A DNA stretch of 64,000 nucleotides, taken from positions 35,784,304 through 35,848,303 of the forward strand of contig NC_092671.1 in NCBI RefSeq assembly GCF_964355755.1, read 5' to 3'. The position numbers and the translations under genes were made by a program. This document shows, one piece after another, positions 1 through 12,875 of this stretch. Positions within the stretch are counted from its first letter, which is position 1. Every line of letters begins with the position of its first letter. The notes beneath the pieces were generated by a model, which was not told the DNA's origin, did not search any database, and was given only the letters and a program-made list of their open reading frames with translations. The stretch is from Antedon mediterranea. Taxonomy: Eukaryota; Animalia; Echinodermata.

Positions 1-1780
1 ACTTTAATCGGCTCACAACAACTCACCCCTAAAATATCAGCACGAGTTTTAATATTTTGAGCCCTTAAAATGTCTATTCTACTGCCAACATGAGACGTGT
101 CATTTGCTATTTTTCCAGGTGCCATTGTTATTTACTCTTTTTGAATCATAGTGTTATCCTGTAAGCCTACATTATAACAAATGCAGTATAGCTACACAGT
201 TTGTATTGACACTGAACAGTTTGACCTGACCTTTGCCGCTTTGCCTGACCGTCTTCTTACTTGTACAAGAAAATCACAGTTATTTTTCTCCATTTTACTT
301 TGTGACAATGTAAATAGATATTATGTTTACTTATATAATATATATTCTTTATTTATTCATTGTATTTAGCCAGAAAAAGCCCCTGTGATGGTCTTCATAC
401 ATGGTGGTGGGTTTGCATTTGGCATCGGGACATCCAGCAACATGTCACAAGTACCGATGGTAGCTCTCGGGAACGTCGTCGCCATCAACATGAACTATCG
501 TCTAAACGTCTTTGGCTTTATATCCACAGGTTTTGTAATATAATAAAACATTATATAAAATATGTTTTACTTAGCAATTTATAATAAGCTGATGACAATA
601 TTATAAGAAGATAAGCGTAATGCTTTATAGTGTATTTATATCTTCTACCTCAAAGTTCACAACATATACATACACCTCTCCTCCACCCCCACCCCCAATC
701 ATCCCTTCTCCCCCACCCCCTCTCTTTCTCTAAGTTGTGATAACATCCACCACTTTTATTCAGTATTCATATCATATTTCTCTTCTTTTTCTTTTTTTAA
801 ATTGTTTATAGTAAAAACAAGGCCAACAGCCATTAAGTCGCGTGCTACAATGCATAATGATACCGGACCAACAGACAGACCGACAGACAGACCGACAGAC
901 AGACCGACCGACATAGTGAACTATAGTCGCGTCCACGCGACTAAAAAGGCATAATTTTGACGAATTTTTAAACTTTTTCATCAAAAACGTGCGCAAATTA
1001 TCCAATTCGACGTGCTCGTATGACGTAATTTTAAGTCGAAATTGTTTAAAAGATGGTAAAATTATTAGAAAAGGCTGCAAAAACATAAATCACGCGAAAA
1101 AAGTATGTATTTAACGATACGTGCGCACCACGCGCGTAAAAATTTGCGCGCGTATGGGAATTTTTGACATGCTCAAAATGACAAGAAACGCGTAGAAAGT
1201 TGATTAAAAATGAATTTTGCGCATTTTAAAATTTTAAATGCGCGTGCGCGCGTAACTTTGTGGCTTTGTGACTCATGGCAATTTTGTAAACGCTTAAAAT
1301 TGCCTGAAACGTACTCTTATTTCATCGAAAATAAATTTTGAAAATTTTAAGCGCGCGTACGCATGCGTTACATGCGCTACGCACGTAATTGTATTGCCAT
1401 ATGATGATTTATGCCCTGAAATTTATGAGTACCAAATTTTATTTAATTGTGATTCATGGTTGTGAAGATATGATTACAAACGTGATTTCGTTAAATCGTA
1501 CGTAGACCGCGTAATTGTTTATTGCGCACCGTGAAAACATAACCACATCGATTCCTGGCCATAAGGAATATACTGTGAAAAATTGACTTAGCTAGATTAA
1601 ACTGATATCAAGATAAGGTCAGAAAGCGATAAAACGCATAGTGATACCGGACCGACAGACCGACATAGTGAACTATAGAGTCGCTTCCACGCGACTAAAA
1701 ATAACGTACTCGTAAATTTGCTGTTATAAATTCTTTTGAAAGGCATACATAAATAATATTATTGTTTATTCATTTGATAG
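1..1780 (+). pseudogene. Truncated carboxylesterase copy (psi-CES1): intron 1, exon 2 (370-529) and intron 2 only; exon 1 is off-window
   Basis: Exon 370-529 encodes [54 protein letters not shown] with AG/GT borders, nearly identical to exon 2 of the intact gene at 19326. Homology stops at the exon-3 acceptor (catttgatag, 1780). Confidence 0.85.
816..1700 (-). mobile_element. Non-autonomous Helentron/DINE-1-like (HINE) element in intron 2
   Basis: Minus strand starts TTTTTAGTCGCGTGGAAGCGACT (hairpin), has a GTCT/GTCG microsatellite and ends GGCTGTTGGCCTTGTT. It sits in an A/T run with no TSD; the empty site is in the paralog at 20674-20682. Confidence 0.75.
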
Positions 1781-1799
1781 AGACCGGGCGCCCGGAAGA

Positions 1800-2225
1800 T
1801 TTATTCATGTGAAAAGATACAAAAGGTTTGATGATGTAGTTAGGTGCGTATTAGGGTGAGATGCAATATTCGACATTGGTGCCGGGTCACAGCCTGTACA
1901 TAGGGCCTGTGGGGATCATAACATAGGGGGGTAGAAATGCATTTATTCATGTGAAGCGATACAAGGATAAACTTTTTTGGATATCATTCGCAGTGGGCTA
2001 CTAATGATAACATCACCAATGACAGCAACTTTATCCTGTACGGGGCGCCAAACAGCAACATTTTAGGGCCACGCCCAAATGGGTTTATTCATGTGAAGCG
2101 ATACAAGGTTGAATCTTTTTGTAATGGCAGCAGTACATATTGAGGATGACAAAAACACCAATGACAGCAACTTTATCCTGTACATAAGCTCAGACAGCAG
2201 CCCTAAAGGTCCGCAGTTTCCCCCT
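1800..2225. repeat. Degenerate tandem array, three 142-bp units
   Basis: TTTATTCATGTGAA(A/G)xGATACAA at 1800, 1942, 2084 and CCTGTAC at 1893, 2035, 2177, both spaced exactly 142 bp. Confidence 0.8.
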
Positions 2226-3351
2226 ATTAGTATTCGGCTATATACTCGGCGCGTATGTCGTCTTATGGCGTTCAGCTGAGTTAGAAATACGTGATACGGA
2301 CTCGGACTGACAATAAATACACAGTAGAATGATAAAAATATAAATAAAGAGAGCAGTTGTTTGCTGTACCAAATCATCAAACATCAAACTCTTAGGAACT
2401 CGCCCAAAATGGGTTTATCCATGAAGTATGAATCGGTTTTTTTTTAAATGTTGTTTTTTTCACGTTATCCGGTACACAGCAGCTCAAATGCCCGAGGCTC
2501 CATTCGTGATCAACAATGTCGATAATACAAACACATTCACGATAACGAGTGACTTTTATTTTATAATTGAAATATATCTTTATTTTTGAATAATAAATAA
2601 CACCAACAAAAACACTTTAATTCCTAAAATAATATTGTAATTATTGTTACATTACCGGCCGTATTATATAATAATAAATAGAGTATTCAAATTAATAACT
2701 TACCTTACATCTTGTTGCACTATAGTTTACTTTTGAAGACATAATTATGCTGTTGAGTCAATTTCATTTGACAGAACGCTGTAATGAATACTATGTGGTA
2801 TAGTGTACTGTATTAAAAAGGTACAGTATTAAAAGTTTAAACTGATTTCAGGTTTGAGGTGTTTCAAATGTGGGAGAACTCGACATTGAGGTCAGTTTAT
2901 GTTCCATTGGCCAATGGCAATGGTCATTTTACTATGGTCATCATATTGGAATGTGCCTTAACAGTTAATGCTCGGCTAGGGAATACTGTACTTGCCTTTG
3001 AAAGTTGACCTCGGATTGTTTCATTGTCAAAGATTCCCAATGATTATTATAGTACATGCCTACTATATAAAACATTATGAATGCATTGATTTTAGTACTT
3101 AGTTGGTTTTAATTCATATTGGTCGATAGGTATTGTATTGTTTAATACTGTTTCGTGCCACCCAATCTTCAATACTTTTCATTCCCATACTTTAGTAATT
3201 TTATCTGTCTGTAATATTGAAATGTATATCTTAAATCTTTTCAGTACTGTTACACCGTCTTTATGGAAATGTTTACATATAGTAGGTTCATGTACGTTTT
3301 ATACGTTTTTACGTTTTGTGGGTAACAAATAATTTATCAGGGCGATTCTTA

Positions 3352-4399
3352 TCCCATATGTGGCAACTGCATGCCCATATATTTTACAGATGAACCCCAT
3401 GTATGTTGTGGGTGTACCAAAATGCATTTGTAATGGGAATACCCATATGTATTTGCCCATGCTTTTCGCTTACGAATCCCATATGGATCACAAATGGGCA
3501 ACCCATATGTATTTGCCCATATATTGTACAGATGGGCCCCATGTAAGTTGTATATGGGCATACCCATATGTATCAGCCCAGGTTTATGGCATATGGGCCC
3601 CGTGTATTTTTTGTGTGGGCAAACCCATATGTATTTGCCCATGCTTTTAGCTTATGAATCCCATATGGGTCACAAATGGGCAACCCATATGTACCTGCCC
3701 ATCTATTGTATAGGTGGGCCCCATGTACGTTGTATATGGGCATACCCATATGCATCAGCCCATGTTTATGGCATGTGGGCCCCATGTATTGTGTGTGTGG
3801 GAAAACCCATATGTATTTGTCCATGCTTTTAGCTTACGATACCCATATGGGTAAAAAATGGGAAACCCATATTTACCAGCCCATAAATTGTATATATGGG
3901 CCCCATGTACATTGTAAATGGGCATACCCATATGTATCAGCCCATGTTTATGGCATGTGGGCCCCATGTATTTTTTGTATGGGAAAACTCATATGTATTT
4001 GCCCATGCTTTTAACTTACAAATCCCATATGGGTCACAAATGGGAAACCCATATGTATCTGCCCATATATTATACAGATGGGCCCCATGTACATTGTATA
4101 TGAGCATACCCATATGTAACAACCCAGGTTTATGTCATATGGGCCCCATGTATATTGGGTGTGGGCAAACCCATATGCATTTTCCCAGCTGTTTGGTTTA
4201 TGAATCCCATATGGGTTAAAAATGGGCAAGCCCATGTATCTGCCCATATATTTTACAGATGGGCCCCATGTGGGTAAAATGTGGGCAGGTTATATGTGTG
4301 TTTTCCCACCTGGGCCCCATATGGGTTGAATATTCCATAGCCCACATAAACTTGCCCAGGTAATTTATATATGGGCCCATATGGGCTTGCTACCTGGGT
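3352..4399. repeat. 182-bp higher-order satellite (3 x ~61-bp monomers, ~5.7 units), probably the interior and one end of a TIR element
   Basis: ACCCATATGTA recurs every 60-61 bp; spurious ORFs repeat at 182 bp (3494/3676). Rich in CCCATATGGG and ATGGGCCCCAT; ends CTTGCTACCTGGGT. Confidence 0.9.
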
Positions 4400-4714
4400 T
4401 GGGTACGTAAACAATTGAGTGTAATGAAAATATTAAAAATGTAAACAAAATATGTTTAATTGTTAATGAATTAATTGCGTCTTTGTGTTATGTTTTTGTG
4501 CATACTTTTAAAAATCTACCACATACAATACCTAACGCGTACATGTTTAGTATGTCATCTTTTCACTCTATAGGTACTAATTTTGTTCAGCATTCGGACT
4601 GTGATTGTCCGATGATTGGAATGTGCAAGTCATTTATTCATATATGTCCAGTGTCTTATCTGATACTTTAGATATGTAGACCTACACAATGTTAATAACG
4701 CCATTCAGTTTGAA

Positions 4715-7700
4715 ATGGCGGATAGAAGCACAACACTACTATGTCTACTTATCGTCTGCACGTCGGGGTGTGTAGCAAACAAGGAAAACCTCCAGCCTGT
4801 AATTGAAGCTAAATTTGGTAAAGTGTTTGGTAAATCCGTTACTCTCGACGTGAACGACGATTATTTCCCAGAAGTGAAAACTGTAGATGTATACCAAAGT
4901 ATCCCTTACGCCGAATCACCGGTTGGTTCACTTCGCTTCAAGCCTCCGGTAGCAAAAACGTGGGATAAGGATACATTGTTTAATGCTACTGGTCCTCAGA
5001 CTGCATGTGTTCAAGAAATATTTCCAGCTTTACCAATTTTGGAAGAACAGAGCGAAGACTGTCTTCATCTTGATATATATACACCACACCCCAAGGTAGC
5101 CCATGTTTTATTAGTGAATTAGGCCTACATCAATATTTACATTATATGAGTGTTAGTTAAAGTTCAAGTTAGTTAGTTTAATCTTTAACAATATACTTAA
5201 ATAGAATCCAAGAGTTTTTACACTGAACAGTTTGCGGAAGCAGTACTTCAACCTGGTAAATAATAAATACCGTACATAACATGTCGCTTTACCTGACCGT
5301 CTTCACAGGAAAATCACAGTTGTATTTGTCCATTTTACTTTGTGAAAATGTAAATTGATATTATTTTTACTTATATAATATATAAAAAAATATTTATTTA
5401 TTCATTATATTTAGCCGGTAAAGGCTGCTGTGATGGTCTTCATTCATGGTGGTGGGTTTTCATTCGGCATCGGAACAACCAGCAACATGTCACAAGTACC
5501 GATGGTTGCTCTCGGGAACGTCGTCGCCGTCAACATCAACTATCGTCTGAGTGTCTTTGGCTTTTTATCCACAGGTTTTGTAATCTATCTAAAAATATCA
5601 AACTTTTTTACTAATTTTTAACAAGTTGATAAAACTATGATTGATAAATAACCGTAACACTTCAAAGTGTTTTTACATCTTCAACCATTTTTATTCAATA
5701 TTCATTCATGCGGCAATATCGTATTGTCATAGACAGACATAATATATAAATATTTTGTAATAAAATAAACATATTTATTAAATCTTTGGAAGACAAATGA
5801 ATAAATAGTATTGTTTATTCATTTGATAGGTGACGATGTAGTGTCGGGGAACATGGGGTTGAAGGATCAAACACTAGCCCTCCAATGGATTCGTAACAAT
5901 ATAGCCGGTGAGAAGAAGTTCAATCTTAGATAACAGTTTACTAGCTTTTTCTTTTGCTGTTTCACATTTGGATTTTGTGTCTCAATTGAACTGACTCTCT
6001 GTTCACCCAACACCAAATAACAGTATAATATTATATTTCGTGATTTATTTTCAGAATTCGGAGGTGACCCAGATAGAGTTACGATCTATGGTGAAAGTGC
6101 TGGTTCAATTTCAGTAGCAGACCATGTTGTATCGCCTATGAGTAAAGGATTATTTCATCGTGCCATTATGCAGGTACGAAATTAAATTTGTTTATGTTTT
6201 AGGTATAGTTTGGAACTCAACGCAGTGACTTGCACTGCGCGTCCACGTCCTAGTGCGCATTAAGCTTTTATTATCAAATTTTAATAAAAATAATAGTTTA
6301 AATCATGAATGTATCGGTTATATATACTAGAGTGGAACGGTTGTGGAAAGTTTAAAATCAGAATCGAAGAGAGTACAGAGATCAAGAGCGTTTGCGTTTG
6401 GCAGAACGTTAGGATGTGACCAGTCAGATACTAATGAACTCGTACAATGTCTTCAGGCTATTGATAGTCAAACACTTGTAGCAAATTGTTCAGTAAATGT
6501 GAGTTGTTAAGACATTATTATATTAGATGTATTATTCTTTATTATTAAAACGTAGCAACTGTTTTTAAAACAGACTGAAGTTTAATAGAGTATATAGTTA
6601 TTAACACTATAAAAACTCTTTTACTGCACCATTATTTCAATACTCTTTGTTCATGATGTAAGCCTTATAAGCTAAGGCTTACATTATTATTGCTTGGTGG
6701 GAGTCATTTTTTTACCTCATCATTAGCGAACATCTTAAATGCATTCGACCAATGGAATATAGTTGATTGTTATTAATCCTATTCTTTTTAATAGACGGCG
6801 GTAGAAAATGGAGAGAATCCTTATTCGTTTATGTTTCTTCCTAACACTGATGGAGAATTTCTGCCAGATGATCCGAATAAACTTTATGATGACCCGAACG
6901 CAATAAATGACGTTGACATCATGTTGGGAACTCTTTCTGATGAAGGATCTGTTTTCGTAAAACAGAGTATGGTAGGAGAGGTAGTAACCAATCGTACATT
7001 CTATGACGAGTATGTAACTGGAATGGGTGCCATGATATTTCAGGCTGAGTTTGAGTTGGAAAAAGATCTTTTGAAGTTTGTGTATCTTTCTGATGAACAA
7101 CTAGCTAATCCAGATTCAGATCATTACTATAGTCTTAGTCAAATGGCGGGTGACGTAATGTTCGTCTGTCCAACAGAAAAGACCGTGAGACTATTGGTCA
7201 CAGCTGGAAAAGAGAATGTATATCTTTACAAAATGACACACGAACCTTCTCGATCAATCTGGGGAATGTCTGGTATAAATGATGCTGGAGCTACACATGG
7301 TGAGGACTTGGTGTTTGTGTTCGGTATGCATTACAATGAAGGAAACGGTTGGTTTTACGGAAATTTACTTGCTGAAGAAATTCGCCTTACTATTGCAATG
7401 ATGACTTACTGGTCAAATTTTGCCAAGACAGGGTACGATATTATTGTCTGGTTATTCATGCTTTAATATTAAATGAGAAGGGTTTTCATTTTTTGCTTAT
7501 ATTTTTTAATTACAAATTAAGATAGGCCTACAAGTCTTTAAGTTTCGTCTCTGCTTAAATGTCTTATTTATAGTGTATTAACTTATAACTCTTGTATATA
7601 TCTTTGGCTGTCTTTATGTTACAGTGTTTTTATAACTTTTCCTATTTTTTTTTATCAGAGACCCTAATAACTCTGATGGTGATAGTAACTTGGTTTTGGC

Positions 7701-8103
7701 TTATCCAAAATGGCCAAAATTTACACTTGCTGAGCATAGTTACAAGGATATTTCAACAAACATGCAAAACAGTAATGTATTGAATCTCAAGATGTGTACA
7801 TTTATTAATGATATTCTACCAAAGGCAAGGAAAGTGCAAGGTTAGAATTTAATTTAATTTATTGAATAATTTTTATTAAAATTTTCGGAATCGTACTTTT
7901 AAAATTAAGTATGTTATGTATCGTATTTAAATTTTATACCAACAATAACATACTGTAAGTTAACATACCGGTAGTACATAATATGGTTTATTTTGATTCT
8001 GCTATATCATATTTTAGATAAACTGAAGACATTTGAGAAAGAAGAACACGAGAAGACAAAATATTCGTGTACATCTGGCTCCTGTGAAGAGAAAAGGCCA
8101 TAA
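4715..8103 (+). CDS. Secreted type-B carboxylesterase/cholinesterase-like protein (CES2), 603 aa, 8 exons
   Basis: Exons 4715-5095, 5415-5574, 5830-5907, 6055-6173, 6331-6498, 6795-7432, 7659-7840, 8018-8103, all GT-AG, 1812 nt in frame. Signal peptide, [17 protein letters not shown], catalytic Glu (GTLSDEG), His (ATHGED), WSNFAKTG. Confidence 0.92.
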
Positions 8104-9576
8104 ATGAATTCTATCATCCAAAGTCTACAGATATTTTACTCCTGCAACAAAGCTCTTTGTTCGAAATTCAGTTAATTTTTCAAATTCACTTACGATTTTG
8201 CACATTATATTTTTGAGAGGAGTAGAGAAAATAGGTATAGTCTGTGCCAGATATCAGATTTTGGCCACACCACGGTATTACTAATAGCTAGACTAGGCGT
8301 CTAAGATGAGTTTGAATTGAAATTTTTGGATATTAAAATAAAAAGAAATGGGTTTACGCAACTAAATCAGGATTATATAATGTTTTCTTACTTCTACAGT
8401 ACTTTGTATGCTTTTGACGCGTTTGTACATACTCAAATTCTATCATATACAAAACGCACCTAACGAGTAAATGTTTAGTAGGTCAACCTTTCACTGCACT
8501 CTTTTAACTAATTTCGTTCAGCATTTCATCCGGATCCAGGTGACACTGTGACTATGATTATATCCGCTGTCGAGATGTGCAAGTCATAAGTACTTCTTCA
8601 TATCTATTATTATATACAGTGTCTTATCTGATATTTTTACTTAGATATGTACACAATAACTCCACTAAGTTCGAAATGGCGGGTAAAGGCACTGCATTAC
8701 TATGTCTACTTATCATCTGCACGTTACGGTGCGTTGCAGACACAGAAAACTCCCAGCCGGTAGTTGACGCTAAATTTGGTAAAGTGTTTGGTAAATCAGT
8801 TACTCTCGACGTCAATGACGATTGCTGTAGATGTATACCAAAGTATCCCTTACGCCGAATCACCGGTTGGTTCACTTCGCTTCAAGCCTCCGGTAGCAAA
8901 AACGTGGGATAAGGATGCCTTGTTTTATGCTACTGGTCATCAGACTGCATGTGTTCAAGAACTATTTCCAGCTTTACCAATTTTGGAAGAACAGAGCGAA
9001 GACTGTCTTCATCTTGACATGTATACACCACACCCCAAGGTAAGAGAACGCATGTTTTATACGTAAATTAGGCGTATAGTGACGACCCACAAACCTCGTC
9101 ATTTTTATTTTCAATAATACTGTTTGATTTGGGCCAGAATGAAAACAATAGAGGTCGTATTTACTTTAATCGGCTCACAACAACTCACCCCTAAAATATC
9201 AGCACGAGTTTTAATATTTTGAGCCCTTAAAATGTCTATTCTACTGCCAACATGAGACGTGTCATTTGCTATTTTTCCAGGTGCCATTGTTATTTACTCT
9301 TTTTGAATCATAGTGTTATCCTGTAAGCCTACATTATAACAAATGCAGTATAGCTACACAGTTTGTATTGACACTGAACAGTTTGACCTGACCTTTGCCG
9401 CTTTGCCTGACCGTCTTCTTACTTGTACAAGAAAATCACAGTTATTTTTCTCCATTTTACTTTGTGACAATGTAAATAGATATTATGTTTACTTATATAA
9501 TATATATTTTTTATTTATTCATTGTATTTAGCCAGAAAAAGCCCCTGTGATGGTCTTCATACATGGTGGTGGGTTT

Positions 9577-11056
9577 CAAATTCAAATATTCTTTATTCAT
9601 CCTCTATCATGAAAATATACAACAACAATATATGAGAACATAAAAAAGATGAAAAGGAAACACATAAAAACTCAAAAGAGCTTGATTAGTTGTGTCCCCC
9701 TATGTCCCTAACTAGCCTAAAAAACTAAAACCTAAATAATAAAAAAGCTAAATCCTGCAACAAGTATAATTTTTAAAATTATTTGTAAAATGATAATAAA
9801 TGTTCTTTAAACAATGATTTAAATATATATATTGATTTGGTACTTTGTAGTTCGTAATTCAAGTCATTCCACAATTTGGGTCCCACACATGACACAGTAA
9901 AACTAGTAGAAGTACGATTACGTTTTCTGAGTCTCATTTTGTCTTTAGATCTTGTATTATAATTATGGTAAGAACCATTTTTAATAAAGAGCGATGAAAA
10001 ACGCACGTCCTGATTAGTAGTAACATTATACATGAAAAGCCCAATTTGGTACTTATTGATATCCGCAATTTTAAGAAGTTTAAATTTATAGAAACATTCA
10101 GTCATTGAATCATTAAACTTTGACCATGTTATAGCTCGTAATGCCCTTTTCTGGAGTTTAAATAACTCATCTAAATAACTTGGAAATGTGCTACACCATA
10201 TTATGTTGCAATAATTTAATACTGGTTCAATGAGTGATTTGTATATTGTCCAGAGAGCATAGGTTGGTAAAAAATGTCTTACTTTATATAGTATGCCTAC
10301 ATATCGAGATATTTTCCTAGCTGTAACATTGATGTGGTTCTTATATGTGAGAAATTCATCAATATGTACTCCAAGGAATTTAGTCGATTTAACTCTATCT
10401 ATTCTTTTATTGTTGACATAAATATTTACATTCTCTAAATTACTTGGATTTCGCTGATTGCGGAAAATTATGTAATTAGTTTTTTTAACGTTGATTGATA
10501 GTTTATTGCACATGAACCAATCCGAAACATTTTTTAGTTCACCATTAACTAGTTCTATGAGCGTATCCAAGTTTTCGTGAGATGCAGATATGTTTGTGTC
10601 GTCAGCAAATAAAACAAAAGATAACGAGTTTGAGCAATTAAATACATCGTTAATGTACAAAATAAAAAGTAGAGGCCCCAGAATTGAACCCTGTGGTACA
10701 CCGCAATTTATATCCATCAAACACGAACTTGTGTTATCAATAGACGTAAATTGTTTCCTTCCACTAATATAGTTTCTAAACCATTTAAGGGCCGTGCCTC
10801 TTATGCCATAGTGTTCCAATTTTTTAAGAAGTATATCATGGTTGATGGTGTCAAACGCTTTTGACAAATCAATAAATATTCCGATGGTATTTTTTTTCTT
10901 ATCAAGCGCATCGGTTATTCGTTCAACCAGATCTATAACGGCCATAAAAGTAGAACTGTTTTTTCTGAAACCATATTGTGCATTATTAAGGATGTTAAAC
11001 TTTGTGATATAATTATTTACTCTAATTTGAACAATTTTTTCAAGAATTTTTGAAGC
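9577..11056 (-). mobile_element. 5'-truncated non-LTR retrotransposon (CR1/L2/Crack-like LINE) with open RT region
   Basis: ORF 9779-11056 has QYGFRK, FIDLSKAFDTINH, GVPQGSILGPLLF, LFADD, KFLGVHID and HNYNTR/GPKLWNDL. 3' end is AATAAA plus (TTTGAA)2; flanked by GGTTT (9572-9576, 11057-11061); empty site near 409. Confidence 0.95.
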
Positions 11057-11462
11057 GGTTTGCATTTGGCATCGGGACATCCAGCAACATGTCACAAGTA
11101 CCGATGGTAGCTCTCGGGAACGTCGTCGCCATCAACATGAACTATCGTCTAAACGTCTTTGGCTTTATATCCACAGGTTTTGTAATATAATAAAACATTA
11201 TATAAAATATGTTTTACTTAGCAATTTATAATAAGCTGATGACAATATTATAAGAAGATAAGCGTAATGCTTTATAGTGTATTTATATCTTCTACCTCAA
11301 AGTTCACAACATATACATACACCTCTCCTCCACCCCCACCCCCAATCATCCCTTCTCCCCCACCCCCTCTCTTTCTCTAAGTTGTGATAACATCCACCAC
11401 TTTTATTCAGTATTCATATCATATTTCTCTTCTTTTTCTTTTTTTAAATTGTTTATAGTAAA

Positions 11463-12359
11463 AACAAGGCCAACAGCCATTAAGTCGCGTGCTACAATGC
11501 ATAATGATACCGGACCAACAGACAGACCGACAGACAGACCGACAGACAGACCGACCGACATAGTGAACTATAGTCGCGTCCACGCGACTAAAAAGGCATA
11601 ATTTTGACGAATTTTTTAACTTTTTCATCATAAACGTGCGCAAATTATCCAATTCGACGTGCTCGTATGACGTAATTTTAAGTCGAAATTGTTTAAAAGA
11701 TGGTAAAATTATTAGAAAAGGCTGCAAAAACATAAATCACGCGAAAAAAGTATGTATTTAACGATACGTGCGCACCACGCGCGTAAAAATTTGCGCGCGT
11801 ATGGGAATTTTTGACATGCTCAAAATGACAAGAAACGCGTAGAAAGTTGATTAAAAATGAATTTTGCGCATTTTAAAATTTTAAATGCGCGTGCGCGCGT
11901 AACTTTGTGGCTTTGTGACTCATGGCAATTTTGTAAACGCTTAAAATTGCCTGAAACGTACTCTTATTTCATCGAAAATAAATTTTGAAAATTTTAAGCG
12001 CGCGTACGCATGCGTTACATGCGCTACGCACGTAATTGTATTGCCATATGATGATTTATGCCCTGAAATTTATGAGTACCAAATTTTATTTAATTGTGAT
12101 TCATGGTTGTGAAGATATGATTACAAACGTGATTTCGTTAAATCGTACGTAGACCGCGTAATTGTTTATTGCGCACCGTGAAAACATCACCACATCGATT
12201 CCTGGCCATAAGGAATATACTGTGAAAAATTGACTTAGCTAGATTAAACTGATATCAAGATAAGGTCAGAAAGCGATAAAACGCATAGTGATACCGGACC
12301 GACAGACAGACCGACAGACCGACATAGTGAACTATAGAGTCGCTTCCACGCGACTAAAA
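11463..12359 (-). mobile_element. Helentron/DINE-like element (duplicate of 816-1700)
   Basis: Near-identical to 816-1700 with a longer microsatellite at ~12296-12322. Confidence 0.75.
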
Positions 12360-12458
12360 ATAACGTACTCGTAAATTTGCTGTTATAAATTCTTTTGAAA
12401 GGCATACATAAATAATATTATTGTTTATTCATTTGATAGAGACCGGGCGCCCGGAAGA

Positions 12459-12875
12459 TTTATTCATGTGAAAAGGTTTGATGATGTAGTTAGGTGCGTA
12501 TTAGGGTGAGATGCAATATTCGACATTGCTGCCGGGTCACAGCCTGTACATAGGGCCTGTGGGGATCATAACATAGGGGGGTAAAAATGCATTTATTCAT
12601 GTGAAGCGATACAAGGATAAACTTTTTTGGATATCATTCGCAGTGGGCTACTAATGATAACATCACCAATGACAGCAACTTTATCCTGTACGGGGCGCCA
12701 AACAGCAACATTTTAGGGCCACGCCCAAATGGGTTTATTCATGTGAAGCGATACAAGGTTGAATCTTTTTGTAATGGCAGCAGTACATATTGAGGATGAC
12801 AAAAACACCAATGACAGCAACTTTATCCTGTACATAAGCTCAGACAGCAGCCCTAAAGGTCCGCAGTTTCCCCCT
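12459..12875. repeat. 142-bp degenerate array (duplicate of 1800-2225)
   Basis: Same boxes; unit 1 has a 9-bp deletion between AAAAG microhomologies. Confidence 0.75.

Larger units (their letters stand above)
8676..12439 (+). pseudogene. Carboxylesterase pseudogene (psi-CES3)
   Basis: Exon 1 (8676-9039) has a net 17-nt loss near 8823 versus the paralog at 19326 (frameshift). Exon 2 is split by a LINE. The gene is cut at the exon-3 acceptor (12439), as in psi-CES1. Confidence 0.92.

Noticed and set aside
1800-2225. Repeat-spacer pattern as a CRISPR array
   Set aside because: Only three imperfect boxes, ~117-bp intervals that are partly homologous, eukaryotic context and no cas genes.
3349-4247. 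Many overlapping Cys/His/Met-rich ORFs on both strands (also 13999-15103)
   Set aside because: Translations of the 182-bp satellite; periodic in all frames with no domain or splice structure.
6657-6685. 12-bp-arm hairpin ATGTAAGCCTTA-TAAGC-TAAGGCTTACAT (also ~17311), and a hairpin at ~38311-38340
   Set aside because: No clear TSD or empty site; probably tiny TE remnants, not terminators or miRNAs.
11057-11095. N-terminus MTCCWMSRCQMQT of the 438-aa RT ORF
   Set aside because: Antisense read-through into esterase exon 2; the LINE begins at 11056.
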